Origin: Lama glama | Lineage: Eukaryota | DNA: 64,000 nucleotides | Reading direction: 5' to 3' | Assembly: GCA_028534125.1 (NCBI GenBank) | Contig: CM052816.1 | Location: forward strand, 58,034,001-58,098,000 | Shown: positions 23,171 through 36,808 of the stretch, one piece after another | Layout of the letters: the number at the start of each line of letters is the position of its first letter | Numbering within the stretch: the stretch's first letter is position 1 | Program-made: the position numbers and the translations under genes | The notes under the pieces: generated by a model | The model's database searches: none | Told to the model about the DNA's origin: nothing | The model's input: the letters and a program-made list of their open reading frames with translations, nothing else

Positions 23171-26100
23171 TGCTGTTACCACTGGTCTCTGAGCTGACAA
23201 CATAGGGCTACATCCAGAGCTGATGGGGGTCCTAAAGAATGGAGAAAATAAGAGCTACTCATACACCCCTTCTGATTTGCCTCAGCTTCTCTGCAAAGGG
23301 GTGGGAAAAGGTGGAGGCTCCCTTCCAATTAGATTACAAGCCTCCAAGGGCTGGAGTATCAGTTTTTTCAAGGCTCTGCATTTGCAATCTGCCATATTTC
23401 CTGTTTTATGTCTCACAATTTTTTAAAAAAATGTTTTGAGCTGCATATTTGTTCTTCGAACAGTTTAGTGTAGGACAGCATTAAGGGAGAAAAAATGCAT
23501 ACATTCATTTTCTCAAGCAATTAACTTGTGAAAATGGATATGAACAAACCCAGAAACACAGCGCATTTTCCACTTAAAACAAGAAACCAGTTTCTTGATT
23601 TAACATTGCAAATACTGCACTGTTGTCCAGTATCCAGAAGCCTAGAGATGAGCATCTAAAAATAGAACCAAGGTTTATTGGATGATTACTATCTATATCC
23701 TATGTAAATATGAAAGTTTTCTCTCCCTCCAAGTGGTTAAATATGGAGAAATGCTGAGACAGAAGAGTTTCATGTCTTATTGATGTGACAGGCTCTGTCT
23801 CAAGAGGTGTTTAATGCTGTGATAGATTAAGAGCACATTTTTTAAAATGTACACTGCATCTCCAACAACTGGCTGTCTTCATCCTCCTTAAAAAGAGTGC
23901 TAAAGTCCTGAAGGCCAAAGGACCCACGTTCATGTCTCGGCAGGAAGCAGGGCTCGTCTCAGGGTCTCCCCTGGAGCTCCTTCCTCTGCTCGGGGTAGGA
24001 GACGTTAGCTCTCTCCATCAGAGTTTAGAGTGGGGGATGCTTCTTCTCTACCAGCTGTGCCTCTTGAACCCATGCCTTCTTCCTACTTCTCTTGATACTT
24101 AGAACCCTTCCAGTCCACTCCCTTCTCTGTGGCTCAGATACAGTCATTTTGAAGCCACAATTCAACTTCCCTACAGCAAGAGAGAAGTGGGGCATTATAG
24201 GCTCCCGCTGCTTCTTTAGTCAGGCACTGGGTCCAGCGTTTTCCAAACAAGTGTGTGTACCAAGGCCATGGAGTTGTTTGGATGTGTGGTGATGCATTTG
24301 GTCATCTCTTGACCATGGCACCTTTAGTGAAAGAAGGCTGGGGTGCCCCAACCCCCTGTAACACTTGGACAGTCCATGCAGTGGAGGGCTGTCTGAAAGC
24401 CCATAGAATCCTCATTGCTTCTAGACCCTTCAAGACTCTAAGTCACTCTTCTTTTGACCATAGACCTTCCTTCCTTTATCTGTGACCGACCTGTAAAACC
24501 ACTGACATTTCTTTTTAGAAGCTCCCTCCTAGCCTGTCTCCCTCCTAGCCTAGGTCTCTACCAGAGACCTAGGGGGAGCTATCTGTGTGGTAGTGTTAAC
24601 TTCATATGAATCCCAGCTTCCAGTTTGGGCAAAATCCAACTATAATACCTGATCTCTCACTGATGACGTTATCATTTCTGGGCACAGAATGAAAACAGGA
24701 CTGAGGATGAACGTCTGACTCTAGTATGCAAGCCTCCAAGTCCCTCTTGCTGGTGCACTTCTCTCTAATCCCTGAATTCTGACCTCTAGCCCCAGCCCCA
24801 CTTCCTGACCAACTACTTGCTTCTTCCTGACTTAGCCAATGGCCTCATCTACTCAGACCTTAGCTTGATCTCCAGTACTGGTCTCTTCTCCCCAATCCTA
24901 TTGGTGAGGCATCCCTTTTCTCTACCAATGGAGACTTTCCACCTGAACTCCAAATGCACTATTCTGGGTTTGGGTGAGAATTGCTCCCTTAGTTAGGTTA
25001 CCTCCAAATGGCAAACTATAGATGGTTTTTATTTCCTCCTTGTTACATGATTATAATCTTATGTTTTAATGACAGATATGCATAGTCTTATATTCTCTCC
25101 CCCTTGTATTTTATTTATTTTTTTTATTAACATAAGGATTATATGAATACATTTTGTTTAAAAAAATCCAACAACATATTTAGAGTAGAAGACAATCATT
25201 CCACCTCCCCCAACCCCCATTTAATTTTTCACTCTCCAGAATTTGTTATCAGTTTGGTGTGTATCATTTCAGAACTTTTCTATGGTTTTACCTATAAATA
25301 TGTGTATACATCAGTCATAAACTGAGGGAAAAAGTGAAAGGTTAACAAACTGTCATTTCTTGGCAGTCATGTGGTCCACCATCTTGGTTAGTCTCCACCA
25401 TAATCTGTCTATCCTGAGATTCTTTCTCTCTTGGTGCAAGTTCCTACTCTGACTTCTTAGGGCCTGATTGCCCTTCTCTGGATCCATTCTCCTGGCCACC
25501 CTCCATTCTTCAAAGCCACTGCTTCTCTCAACCTCACTTTTCTGCCACATCAGCACATTTGATGGATCTTTTCCTGTTCATGTTGCTACCAGATCCCTTT
25601 CTAAGGAGGGGATCAGGAGTCAGATGCTCAAGCATTAGGCAATAACACACAAGTAGGTAGCCACCATCTTCCTCTGAGTGTCTCAGAATTATACCTTATG
25701 ACATACTTCAAACAATTCACATTTCATCATACACTCTCTGTAGGGTGATGCCTCAGTCTTAACAAGTTTTAGGGAAGATGAAAAACATTTTTACTATAAC
25801 CTTTAATAGTTTACAAATAACAAAACTCTGTGGTCAGTTTTTCAGCCCCAAGGCAGACACTGTCCCCTTAGACACATAGCTGAACATCTGATATGTGGAA
25901 AAATCCAACTGAGAAGCAACAGCTAAAAATAAAACTTAGAGAAGCAATGAGTCATGGCCTAAATGAACAAATACATTAAACGATATATTAAATAGAACCA
26001 ACTTGCCAAAGGAACATTGAGTCTTGCTTAAGGTAATCTTCCTCATCTCAGAATGTAGATGTTAGAGGGGCTCAGGAATACTGGGGATCAACAAACATTT

Positions 26101-26926
26101 TTGGTAACTTTATTATTTGTATGGGGTTTTTTTTCTTCCCCTTTTAAAGATGTAATCTGTTCTGCCTCACCTCATGCTTCAACACACACACTTATTTTAG
26201 TCCTAAAATAAAGATTGGTTCAGATTGATTTTTTTTTTCTCACTGAAATGACTATAAACCTATCTCAGAAATAGATAAACAAACTAGCTCTGTGGGCTTA
26301 GCAGGACAGTAACATCTATGCTAATCCCTGATCAGCCAGGTGCCTGCCCCTTGGGTGACCTTGAAGTAAGACCAGCTTCCCTGCTCTTCCAATTCTCCAG
26401 TTACTTCCCCAGACAGTAACATTAGCATGCTCTTCTGCCCTTCCTGGCTGCAGGGTAGGCTAACAAATGCAAAAAGGAAGCCCTTAGTGACACAGGCATG
26501 ATTAAAAGAGACAGGTTAGTTCAGACAGGAAGCTCTAAATCCTAAGTCTAGCTCCTTCCTCATCACAGAACCTAGTCACCCCAAGTTGGATTTCAGGCTC
26601 TGTGCTTGCAGTTGTGGGGAAAACAAAGAGTGAAACAGTCGGTCTGGCTGGGCAGACCTGACTAAACCACGTGAAAAATCAGACAATGGTACTAGAAAAT
26701 AAGTAGTGCCATCGCCAAGTGTCACAGGATGTGATTTCTGTACTTGGAGTTTAAAATATCTCCTCTGCAAGATTTCCCACCTCCCCAGGCTGTGTGCTTT
26801 CTCAGGATTGCAGCTCTTGTTTGCCAAAGTAGCATCTGATTCTGGCCCACCTGGTATTGCTTATTATTTTATATACGCTTGTCTTCCCCATTGGCATGAT
26901 AACTCCTTATGGGAGAGAATCACATT

Positions 26927-27688
26927 TGGATTATTTTCACTTGTTGGCAATTGTGGATAATGCTGCTATGAACATTGGCGGCAAGTCTTTGTATAGACAC
27001 ATATTTTCATTTCTTGGCCAGGAGTAAAACTGCTGGTCAAATAGTAACCCTATGTTTAAACTTTTGAGGAACCATTAGATTATTTTTCAAAGTGGCTACA
27101 CCATTTTACACTCCAATTAGTTGTGTATAAGAGTTCCGATTTCTCCATAGCCTTGCCAACAATTGTTATTATCTGAATTCTTGATTCTCCTATCCCAGTA
27201 TGTATGAAGAGGTATCTCACTGTGGTTTTGATTTGCATTTTTCTGATGGCTAATGATGTTGAGCATCTCTTCATGTGCTTGATGGCCATTTGTATATCTT
27301 CTTTGGAGAAACGTCAGTTAAGATCCTTGGCTGGTTTTTTAATTGGGTTATGTACCTTTTTATTATTGAGCTGTAAGTGTTCTTTATACACTGTATATAC
27401 AAGTCCCCTATCAGATACATGATATGCAAGTATTTTCCACATTCTGGGGGTTGCCTTTTCACTTTCTTGATAGTGTCCTTTGAAGCACAAAAGTTTTTAA
27501 TTTTGATGATATCCAGTTTATCTATTTTTTCTTTTGTTGTGTGGACTTTTGATGTCATATTGTAAGAAAACATTGCCAAATTCAAGGTCATGAAGATTTA
27601 CCCTTAGGTTTCGTCTTAAGAGTTTTATAGTTTTAACTCTGACATTTATATCTTTGATCCATTTTGAGTTAATTTTTGTATATGGTCA
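26927..27688 (-). mobile_element. L1 ORF2 C-terminal fragment (old L1M)
   Basis: Minus-strand translations [29 protein letters not shown] and [26 protein letters not shown] are classic L1 ORF2p motifs, with frameshifts between them. Confidence 0.95.
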
Positions 27689-27762
27689 TAAGGCCCTCTT
27701 AACACATGACTGTTAACTGTCAATTTATTATATAACTGAAAGAAAGTTCAAGCTGAGTTTTA

Positions 27763-28400
27763 TCATTTATTAATCATTTAACAAATATTTATTGAGGGCC
27801 TACTATGTGCCAGGTACTTGGGACACAAGGATGGGCCAAAAAGTTGAATCTTTCTCTTAATCAGTCAGTCCTAAATGTAGTGGGAGAGATAGATAGTATC
27901 ATTTCTCACAAACAGCACTGACTACTATGAAGGGAAAGTACACAGTGGTTTAGAAGAGTTCAGCCAGGGGACCTGATCCAGTCTGGAAGGCCAGGGAAGG
28001 CAGTGATCTGAGCAGAGAGATAAGGGAGACCAGCAAGTATGGAGTGAAGGATGGAAAGAATGTTCTAATCAGAAGAAACAGCACTGAGAGCGAGAGAGGT
28101 GGATGACAGGAGACAAAATTAGAGAGGTAGGCAGAGGACAGAGCAGGCAAGACCATGTATTAAATACTTTCTATATGCCAAGCGTAGTAAGCTCTTTTAT
28201 ATGCTGCATTCTCTCAAAGAGTTTTCATTCCAACCCTGGGAGATCTAGATGGTCATTAATGCATTTCTTGAATGAGGAAACCATAGGTCAAAGAGGTTAG
28301 GTGACTAGTAAGCCCACCCAGCTAGTCAGTGGCAGAGCTGGGACACAAATCCAGGGCTTTGTAAGTCTGCACTCTGCTCCTGCAGGTCGGCTACACTGCT
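27763..28400 (-). mobile_element. L2 fragment (27763-28155) followed by MIR (28160-28400)
   Basis: 'tcatttaacaaatatttattgagggcctactatgtgccaggtact'; 'aatgaggaaaccataggtcaaagaggttaggtgact...cagctagtcagtggcagagctgggacacaaatccagg'. Confidence 0.85.
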
Positions 28401-29467
28401 CTGCTCAGGACTGGAGTCATCCTAATTTATCCCTAACTCAGGGAACCTCTGAGGTTTAGTTTTAGGGAAGAGTGGCCTTCACTGAGATGTGTTAGTAAAG
28501 AATCTTGGAAGAATTAGTCTGGGAGAAAGAGACTAGAGCACACATGTAAAGGCCCAGAGTCTCTTGGCCTGTGAAAGTGGGAAAATATCAGCTGCTCTAC
28601 AGGTCCTTAGGGAAAAGCCTAGTCACCCTCATTGTCAGTCACCCAAGCTTAGTTGTCACTCTTATGCACAGAAGGTACACTCTAAGACAAAGCCCACTAG
28701 GATTTTATGGCCTCAGCTTGGAGATCACAATGTTTTTCTAGAGGTATTATATGTGAGGTCATTCTCTGCTCACTCCAAGGACTTCAAAAACTGGACCACC
28801 ACATTGAACCACCTCATGATGTTCTTGCCTTGACCAAAGTGGCTGATTCTTTTGGTTAAAGAAAACCAATAAATTGCTTAATTGTACTCTCTTCTCCAGA
28901 AGATACCTCAGCCTCTTAAAGGGCAGGATGACCTGGGTGGATACATGAGTCTGAACTCTGCCGGAGCCTGGGGAAGACTGATACAGCAGGAAACTCTAGA
29001 CTCAGATGAAATTTCTCACCTGATTACCCAGAAGCAGGCAGGCTGGTATGGCCATACAGCCTTAGTGGCAGCCAAATGCCCTCCTTCTCTGCAAGTTGCA
29101 GGCTTTTAGCTTTCGGATTCTGTCCAACTGGAAGATCACACTGGGATGATAAAGCAGAGCTATGGCAAAGCTTTATGAAAAGCAATCTGTTAAAAGCAGA
29201 CAAGGAAAGTTGCTTGTCTCAGACTACAATGCTTCTGGAGATTTCTGTGCATCTCTCCTCCACCCTGAACCAGCTTTTCTCTCCTCTGTGAGGGTGAAAA
29301 TGAAACTAGGGACAAATTGGCTTCACTGATGAGCTTTGCTCTTTGAGCGTGTGACTGAGCGTAAGGACACTTGCTTGTGTAATTGGGCCTTACCATCTCC
29401 TTCCTCTATTCAAGCTCTTACTCTTATTTGATGTTTTATTCTAGCTCATATTACAGAAGGCAGTGTA

Positions 29468-29793
29468 ACAATCGCAAATTGCTAACAAGGGCCAGGCAAG
29501 TTCCATAAATGATTAAAATGGGCTAGGAGTTAGGCAAGAGGTAGCAGTGTAAACTAAAAAAACATCTCCAGGGAAATTAAAGATACCTTCTCTAGAAGGG
29601 ACAGGATTTACTCAGCCCCAGTTCATTGTTGCCATGCAAAAAATTGGGCCATTGTTAGCAAATCTTATCATTTTTTCCAATAAAATGAGAAATCCTGAAT
29701 TTTACTGGACATTTCCATATTCTAAAGTAATGTGGGGACCAGACACGTTGAAGAGCATATCCAGCTTCATAGGCTACCAGCTTGCAAACTCTG
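29468..29793 (-). mobile_element. hAT-Charlie MITE, MER102-like
   Basis: 'tactcagccccagttcattgttgccatgc...gggccattgttagcaaatctt', terminus 'ccagcttgcaaactctg'. Confidence 0.6.
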
Positions 29794-32409
29794 CAAAATC
29801 ACATGGGCCTTGAAGGCACAAACTCAGGATTCAATGAACCAAATTTGCATTCTGTGCTAACTGCAGACCTGGAGTAAATTAATCTTTTATGGTCATCATC
29901 AATTTAAAATTTCCCCATTAAGATGTTTTGAGAATTAAATGTGCTCAATTAACACAATGTTTGACCTATAGTAAACTCTCAACAAAGGCTATTTCTATTC
30001 TGCCTTGATTTCCTTTGAAAAGACAACCCTTGATCCTTGAAGAGCAGGTTTGCAAAGACTCCTGGTGCTGAAAATTGCCCAGCAACAGACCCTGCTGGGA
30101 GTGCTGGAGCTGCAAGCTCAGTGGAGCAGACACTTGTTTTCCTGCAGCTCATCCAAGGCCAGATATCCGGCCCCTCCCCCACCAGGCACTTTCAGAAACT
30201 ATAGATCCTTCTTTAATTACCAGCAATTAAGCCAGCGTCAGCCTGCAATACAGGATAGGCCCCGCACCTTGGCCTCCTGAGGCTCTTATAGGACTATGGC
30301 TCAGCCCTTCCAGAGCCTCTGCCACCCACAGCCATTTATTAAGTCCCTGCCTCCCTCCCCCGAACCCATACAAACCTCCCCACTGTCAGAAAGACACTGA
30401 TGCAGGGAAGTCTGAAGGCCTGGGCAGGGGTCCACCCCTAGTTGCATTCTAAACTTCTGCATCCAGACAGTTCTCAAGGGCAAACCATAGCTCACAAGAT
30501 CCTTTTCAGATCATATAATGAAAGATAGAGGCCCCTGTCCTTGCCAGGAAGGAACGAATACATTCACTCAGGTAGCAAAGGAAATTGAGAAAAGAAAAAT
30601 GAAAGTTCTTCTAGTATGGGAGAAGGCAGAGTAGTAATGGTAAACATGTTTCTTTAGAGGAAGACCCTCTCCACAGAAGTTGAGTGAGTCAGTTTTGGGA
30701 GTGAGGGATGTAGGGAAAGACTAGCCATCCAGACAGTTCTCCAGACACATCCTCCCTGTCTCAGCTGACAACCATGCAGACTTTAAATAGCATATTGGTG
30801 AGAACCTCAGGACTCAGGCTTAGAGGTGGACATTTTGGTAAAAGCACCTTCTGGATCCGAAGTGCTCTTAGACACAAGCAGGTAGGAGGTACTTGGTTAA
30901 GGCTGATTTTCCCTTCCTCTTTGAGCGCTGCATTTCTGGCTTAAGCTGAAACAGCTAGGAAAAGTCCTCTTTCCTGGCTTTTGTTTGTGGCATGAGTCTC
31001 TAAGCTGCTCTTCCTGGCCCCTAGGGAGACTAGTCATGTGGCCCACACCTGCTTTTGGCTCTGGGGCCCTGAGGCCAGATGAAGCTGGTGTTCAGGGCAG
31101 CTGAGCCATCACCGTCTGTGACCCAAGGTTACAGTGAGCCTCTGGGAGGGTGAAGCAGGAACTTCCATGCTGTCCACTGCTACAGATGACTTTGTTCTAT
31201 TTACAGGTCAGGAGTCAATGGCATTTTGCAATTCACTAGTTCAGTAGTTATTAATGTCAGCCCAGTTTAAAACACACACACTTAATTAGAATTGAACAAA
31301 GTTTTAAAGTGAAGATTTAATGTAACTTTCTCAGATATATAAATCTTATCTCTCAGGCATGTCTGTGTTTAATTAGATAATTCAGGCAAGGAAACTCCCA
31401 TCAGCTTAATGGGTGTGATTACCCATCTCAGCAGACTCTAGTCCTTTCTCTTCTTTTGTAAAAGTTAACCAGATAATGGCACAAGTCCTTACTCACTGAA
31501 AGTCTGTGTGACTGACTGGTCACTAGGTGTTCTACTCTTCTGTTCTTTTCCCTATCCTTCAATCTCATTAATTGTATTCAAATGGCGATTACAAATGGCA
31601 GATCTACAGCCTCAATGAGCACGAAATCAGTCACACAAAGGACAAAAATAACATGTAAATGCATACCAAGCTCTTTGAGTCTCAGAAATCATGACAGACC
31701 AGCTAGAAAGCTTGGGAAATTAATTAAAAGTAGTGGTCATTTGCAGAAGCCTAAGAAGTTGGGATGACAACAACCAGCAGTTCCTTTACATTTACAGACA
31801 TAAAGTTCAGATTGAGGGTGCCAGGTGTAAACTCACTGCACAGGAAAATTCATGCACAAATCAAAGCACATTTCTGAGTAAGCTTTTTCACTGGGATAGT
31901 GAATGGGTCACACAATAAGAGAATTCAACTGGTAGAATGCTCTGTCAGAAGTGTTCAGAACAATCCCACAGGACTAACCCTCTCTTGTTTTATCCTGTCT
32001 CAGATTACAGTGGATCCTGGATCCCTACTACTTAGGACCAATTGACTTGCTTTCTATCTCTGTTTCCTCAGTTGCCAAATTAAGGTGTTGGACTAGGTAC
32101 TTCCTAAAGTCCTTTCCTACTGTTATATACTAAATTTTAAGACATCATCTTCTTATTTGTTCTCAAACCTCCCCAAACTGTCCCCCAAACTATCCCATGT
32201 GATTGCACAAGCCCAGCAGCTTCACCTCCTTGGAGGATGTCACCCAGTTGAGAGAACGCTATCCCTTAACCTCAGTGTTTCAGCACCACGGAGAGCAACA
32301 CATACTCTAAACTAGCCCCACGCATTACCTTCAAACACTTTGACGTGAAATGCCTATGTCAAAGTATATATATACACATAATTATTGTAAGCTCCCCTCA
32401 AGTACCAAT

Positions 32410-32545
32410 ATATTATGTTATATATATTATATATGTTATATATATATATTACATAACATACACTACATATACTATATTATATCCAATTATAAATATACAT
32501 CATATAATTTAATGTATTTTTATATATCACAAATTATATTAATTC
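32410..32545. repeat. AT-rich low-complexity tract
   Basis: Directly visible. Confidence 0.8.
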
Positions 32546-32879
32546 AAGAAAAATCTTCAGAAGAAATGAAGTCATTTTAATAGATATATCCAACTCTGTT
32601 TGCTCCCTTAGCCTTAATTCAGTTACCATATTGTAACAGAAACATTTTCTTGTGTAACCAAGCCCCTATGTCACTGTAGAATATTAGGGGTCAGTAGGTG
32701 TAAGCTTCTCCCAACATAGAAAACTCTTCTATAGTATCTCTGATGGGTGGCTATCAGGTTTCTTCCTGATTATCTCCAGGCACAGAAAGCCTGGTACTTC
32801 TTTGGAGATTACAAAATCTCTAATAGGAAGGTCTTTCTTTATTAAACTGAAAGCTGCTTGTTCATAACAATCTACCACA

Positions 32880-33450
32880 TTTGTACCCAGAATATGACCA
32901 CTTCTTATCTGTCCACCATTAGCCCTCTGGTCCTAGTCACCATCATGTTTCATCTGGATTGTTGCCATAGCCTCTTAATTGGTCTTTCTGTAGCTGTCTT
33001 GACCCCTGTTGGCTCCTGGCAGTCTATCTTCATAAAGCACCCCTTTTAAAAGGAGTAAACCTTTAAAAATCTAAGTCATCCTAATGTCACTTTACTGCTT
33101 TATATCCTCCAATGGCTCATCATTTTTGTCAAAGTAAAAGTCAAATTCTTTATAATCATCTAAAAGGTCTTTCATGATTTGCCTTTCATCTCTTCATCTA
33201 TCTCTGATCTCATCCCCTACCACTCTCTGCTTCACTCACTCTTCTCCAGCCACACTATCCTTCTTTGCTGCCCCTTGAACACCAAGCACAACCCTGCATC
33301 ATGTGCTTTGTATCTGCTGCTTCCTGTGACAAGAATGCTCTTCCCCCAGATATCTACTTGATTTATTATTACACTTCTTTCTAGTCTTTGCCCAAATGCC
33401 CCCTTAATAGAGAAGTCTTTCCTGACCTCCTATTTAAAGCCCCATACACT
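32880..33450 (+). mobile_element. L2 (L2a-like) fragment
   Basis: 'ccctctggtcctagtcaccatcatgtttcatctggattgttgccatagcctcttaattggtct...cttcactcactcttctccagccacact...aatgctcttccccagatatc'. Confidence 0.85.
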
Positions 33451-33482
33451 CCCTATCACTATTTCACTCTTAGGCAGGTAAA

Positions 33483-33676
33483 CTGGTAAATGCTGGTATA
33501 CGTTTAACAACCCATGGTGGGGGTGGAGTTGGGGGAATCTCTGATTTGTAACATCTGCAATACTATGATGTAATACTCCACCATGGTTAACTTCAAGTAT
33601 CAATGTGAAGGCAAAGTTGGGAAAGACTAACAATCAACTCTCATCATCTGGTACTAGTGAGCTCAGCACACTACTG
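33483..33676 (-). mobile_element. hAT-Blackjack MITE, MER63A-like
   Basis: 'tgctggtatacgtttaacaacc...ctgatttgtaacatctg...aatactccaccatgg...cagcacactactg'. Confidence 0.7.
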
Positions 33677-34735
33677 CAGGTAAAGGAGGGAAGGAGGATG
33701 CAGCATACTCCTGGGGCTGAGCGCAATAGTGGCTTTTAAGTTGATTCAGGAGAACTCCAAAAGAAGGAAAAACTCATGGAAAAGGAATTTTGCTATAGTA
33801 GCAGGGAGCATTCAGTTTTACTTCTCTCTTCCAGCTGCTTTTGGAACACCTGAACCTGGATGTTCTGCCCACCACTTGAATGTCATATGTTGAAAACCAA
33901 ACCCTGGACTACCCTCCCAAATCAACGTTTTTGTTTTTTTTTTTTTTGCTTCTGTCCAGGGGACCACAATTCTCCCCATCTTTGACCTCTTGTTCTTCTT
34001 TGCCCTAACATGTACTCCCAGTAGCACTGACTCTCCAGGATGATAGGGCCATCATGGCCTGGAATAATTTACCATCACAGCCCATGAAGACATGAGAATA
34101 CTCATAGATAGATGAGTTTATCAGAAACAGTCCACTTCTCCTTTTTCTGGTTTGCTTCCACTTCATACTCCTGCCTTTGAGCGTTCTGGGAGCTACTGAG
34201 TCCATGTCACCCTTGGGCAGTGCAGCTGGACTATTCTGCATTTCCAGGACTGTCTAACAGGGTTGCCAAAGCCCAAGTATAATTCTTCTCATTCATCACT
34301 TCTATAGCACATTGATTTCTTAATCTTTTGAGGTTATGAGCTCTCACTCCAGAAAAATATACTTATGTACCTTCCCATAACACTTTGCATATAACTTAAG
34401 GGCTAGATAGACCTCCCATGAAGCCAACTCATTGATTCCCTAGATATTCATGGCCTCTAGGTTAAGAGTACTGGACCAGATCATCTCTAAGGTCTTCTGC
34501 CAGCTCTAATACAGGATGATTATCTTAATTCTTTTATACTTCCCCAAGCTTTGTCAGCCTCTGTCTTTCTGAATAATGGCTCCAAATAATGGCTAATAAT
34601 TATCAAATTAATAAAGCATCTTTATGTTATTCATAATATGCTCACAAATAAATGGATATGATCTTGTAAACTGTGTTTCACTGAAGGTATTATAACTAAT
34701 GAGTTAATACACAAAAACTGAAAATGAATTATAAT

Positions 34736-34777
34736 ATTGTTGCAACGTTTCTTCCATTGTTGCAACGTTTCTTCCAT
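34736..34777. repeat. Perfect 20-bp tandem duplication (attgttgcaacgtttcttcc x2)
   Basis: Copies at 34736-34755 and 34756-34775 are identical. Confidence 0.97.
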
Positions 34778-35845
34778 CATTCAGAATGTTCCCTGGCAAT
34801 ATCTAATGCAAATAAAAAAGAGCCCCAAATAAGATGCTCAGTTTCATTTTTAAACAGAGAAGTGAAGCTGTTGCAGTTGTTTTTAAGCACTGATTTTGGA
34901 TTTATTTTTCATATTGTGATCTTTATAATGTAAATGTATTATAAAATTCAGCAATTTTGTTAAGAGATTACTTAGCTTGACTAGCTCTTTCACAACCTTC
35001 ATGTAGAGACTTCAATATTTTCTGCTACTAAAGGCAATTCAGGATTTATTTGAAGAAGTAGAAAAAGAACAACAACAATCACAACCATACAAATAGTTAT
35101 AAACCCAATGACAAGCTGCCACTGTTTATCTACTTTCAGTTATGGGAAACTGAAGAGTAAAAATACTTGATGCTGTCTGCTCCCTGCCTTCCCCTACCCA
35201 TGTCCATAGGCTAGCAGGAAATATCGCCCAGGACAAAAGAAAGGGCCATGGACACACAGGCTTATTTATTTGGCAAATATTTATTGAGAACACCTAAGGG
35301 ACAGGAACTTGAAAAGAAATTGAGATATAGAAGCAGAGAAGAGATATGTAAATACAGGCTCACATCTGATGGATAAGTAAGTGAGCACAGCTGAGACAGA
35401 GCAGGTAGGGAAATATTTAAGTCTAGTAAAATCCACTTCTTCACCTCTCCCCTATGGACAGCTCCCAGCCCCTGTGTATCTGTGTAATCTTTGGAGAATT
35501 GAGAGAATGCGCTGCATTCCAGAGTAGGGAGGTTCCAGCATCAGCACTGGTGATGGTCTTTTTTTCTCTCCTTTCAATATGGCACATGGCTAATACATGT
35601 ATTCGCCTATAATATGGTATCAAGTCCTTATCTTACAAACAAGTTATAGGAGACACAAGTATTTTATGACTGGCTAAGGTAGGGGAGGGGGAGAAAAAGC
35701 TTTCACTTTTGGCTTGTCTAAGGAATTAGAAATATATTTGGTCTTTCTTCTCATTGTGATCAACACAGCCAATCTCTATGTACGATTTTGTTTTGTTTTT
35801 GGAGCAGTAACAATGCTTAGTTGAATGAGCAAAGAAATGCTACAC

Positions 35846-36248
35846 ACATTAGTTTGGATTTGCCATAGAGCAGACACCAAGATGGGATTAGATATGCAAG
35901 AGATTTCCTGGAGGAGAGAGGCTGAAAGACAAGGAGCACTTTCAGATTGTAGCAGAGGTCTAACACCTGCAGAGGGAGAGAGGGAAGGAAGGAAGATTGG
36001 GTAAGAAGAGTCTCAGACTTGAGGAAAGATTCAAGCCTATGGAGAGTCCTTGAGACAAAGTTATCCTTGAAGGAGTCCTGCATCTCACAGAATGAGTGTG
36101 ACTTAGACTTAATGCCATTGCCATGGTAGCTGGGAGCAGTTGGGGGTAAGTATGGCCTTAACATGAGTGTCATGGTAGGACAGCATCTGGGATTATCAGT
36201 CTCCCATAGCAGGAGATCTGGGTGGTCCATTTTCATGACCACTATACT
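35846..36248 (-). mobile_element. ERVL solo LTR, LTR16-family-like
   Basis: 'agcagacaccaagatgggattagatatgcaagagattt...ggaaggaagattgggtaagaagagtctcagact...ggagatctgggtggtcc'. Confidence 0.7.
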
Positions 36249-36552
36249 ATGTCATTCTGTGGACCTTGAGGAAGTCTCTTGCCAGCTCCAAACTTCCATT
36301 TCTATTGCTGCAAACTCTGTCCTAGGCTGTTTCTGGGAAGCAGTCTCCCCTGAACATTTCGCCAGCAGCCCTGTGTCACATTTGATGCCAAGGAGCACAA
36401 ATCCTCCTCTCTTCTCCCTACTCAGATTAGATATCCAGAACATTTTTGTTCTTTGTTTCTAGTCACATTTCCTGATATTCTGAGTGGAATAGAAATGCCA
36501 ACTGCAATGAATGGCTACCATTTCCAATCACTAATTTAAAGTCAGTTATGTG

Positions 36553-36808
36553 GGGGTGGGAAGAGATAAATTTGGGAGTTTGAGATTTGCAAATATTAAC
36601 CACTACATACAAAAATAGATTAAAAACAAATTTCTTCTGCACAGCACAGGGAACCATGTTTGGTATCTTGTAATAACTTTAATGAAAAAGAATATGAAAA
36701 TGAATATACATATGTATATATATGCCTGGGACATTATGCTGTACACTAGAGATTGACACATTGTAACTGACTATACTTCAATTAAAAAAAAATCTTCAAA
36801 ATAAAAAA
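36553..36808 (+). mobile_element. Young 5'-truncated L1 3' end with poly(A) and TSD
   Basis: Ends 'gactatacttcaattaaaaaaaaa'; 15-bp TSD aaagtcagttatgtg (36538-36552) / atagtcagttctgtg (36809-36823); TTT/AAA endonuclease-type site. Confidence 0.92.

Noticed and set aside
27080..27591. ORFs with recognisable protein motifs
   Set aside because: Frameshifted L1 ORF2 remnants, not a host gene.
35817..36462. Longest ORFs in the track (141 aa and 99 aa)
   Set aside because: Lie largely within an LTR16-like solo LTR; no coding signature.
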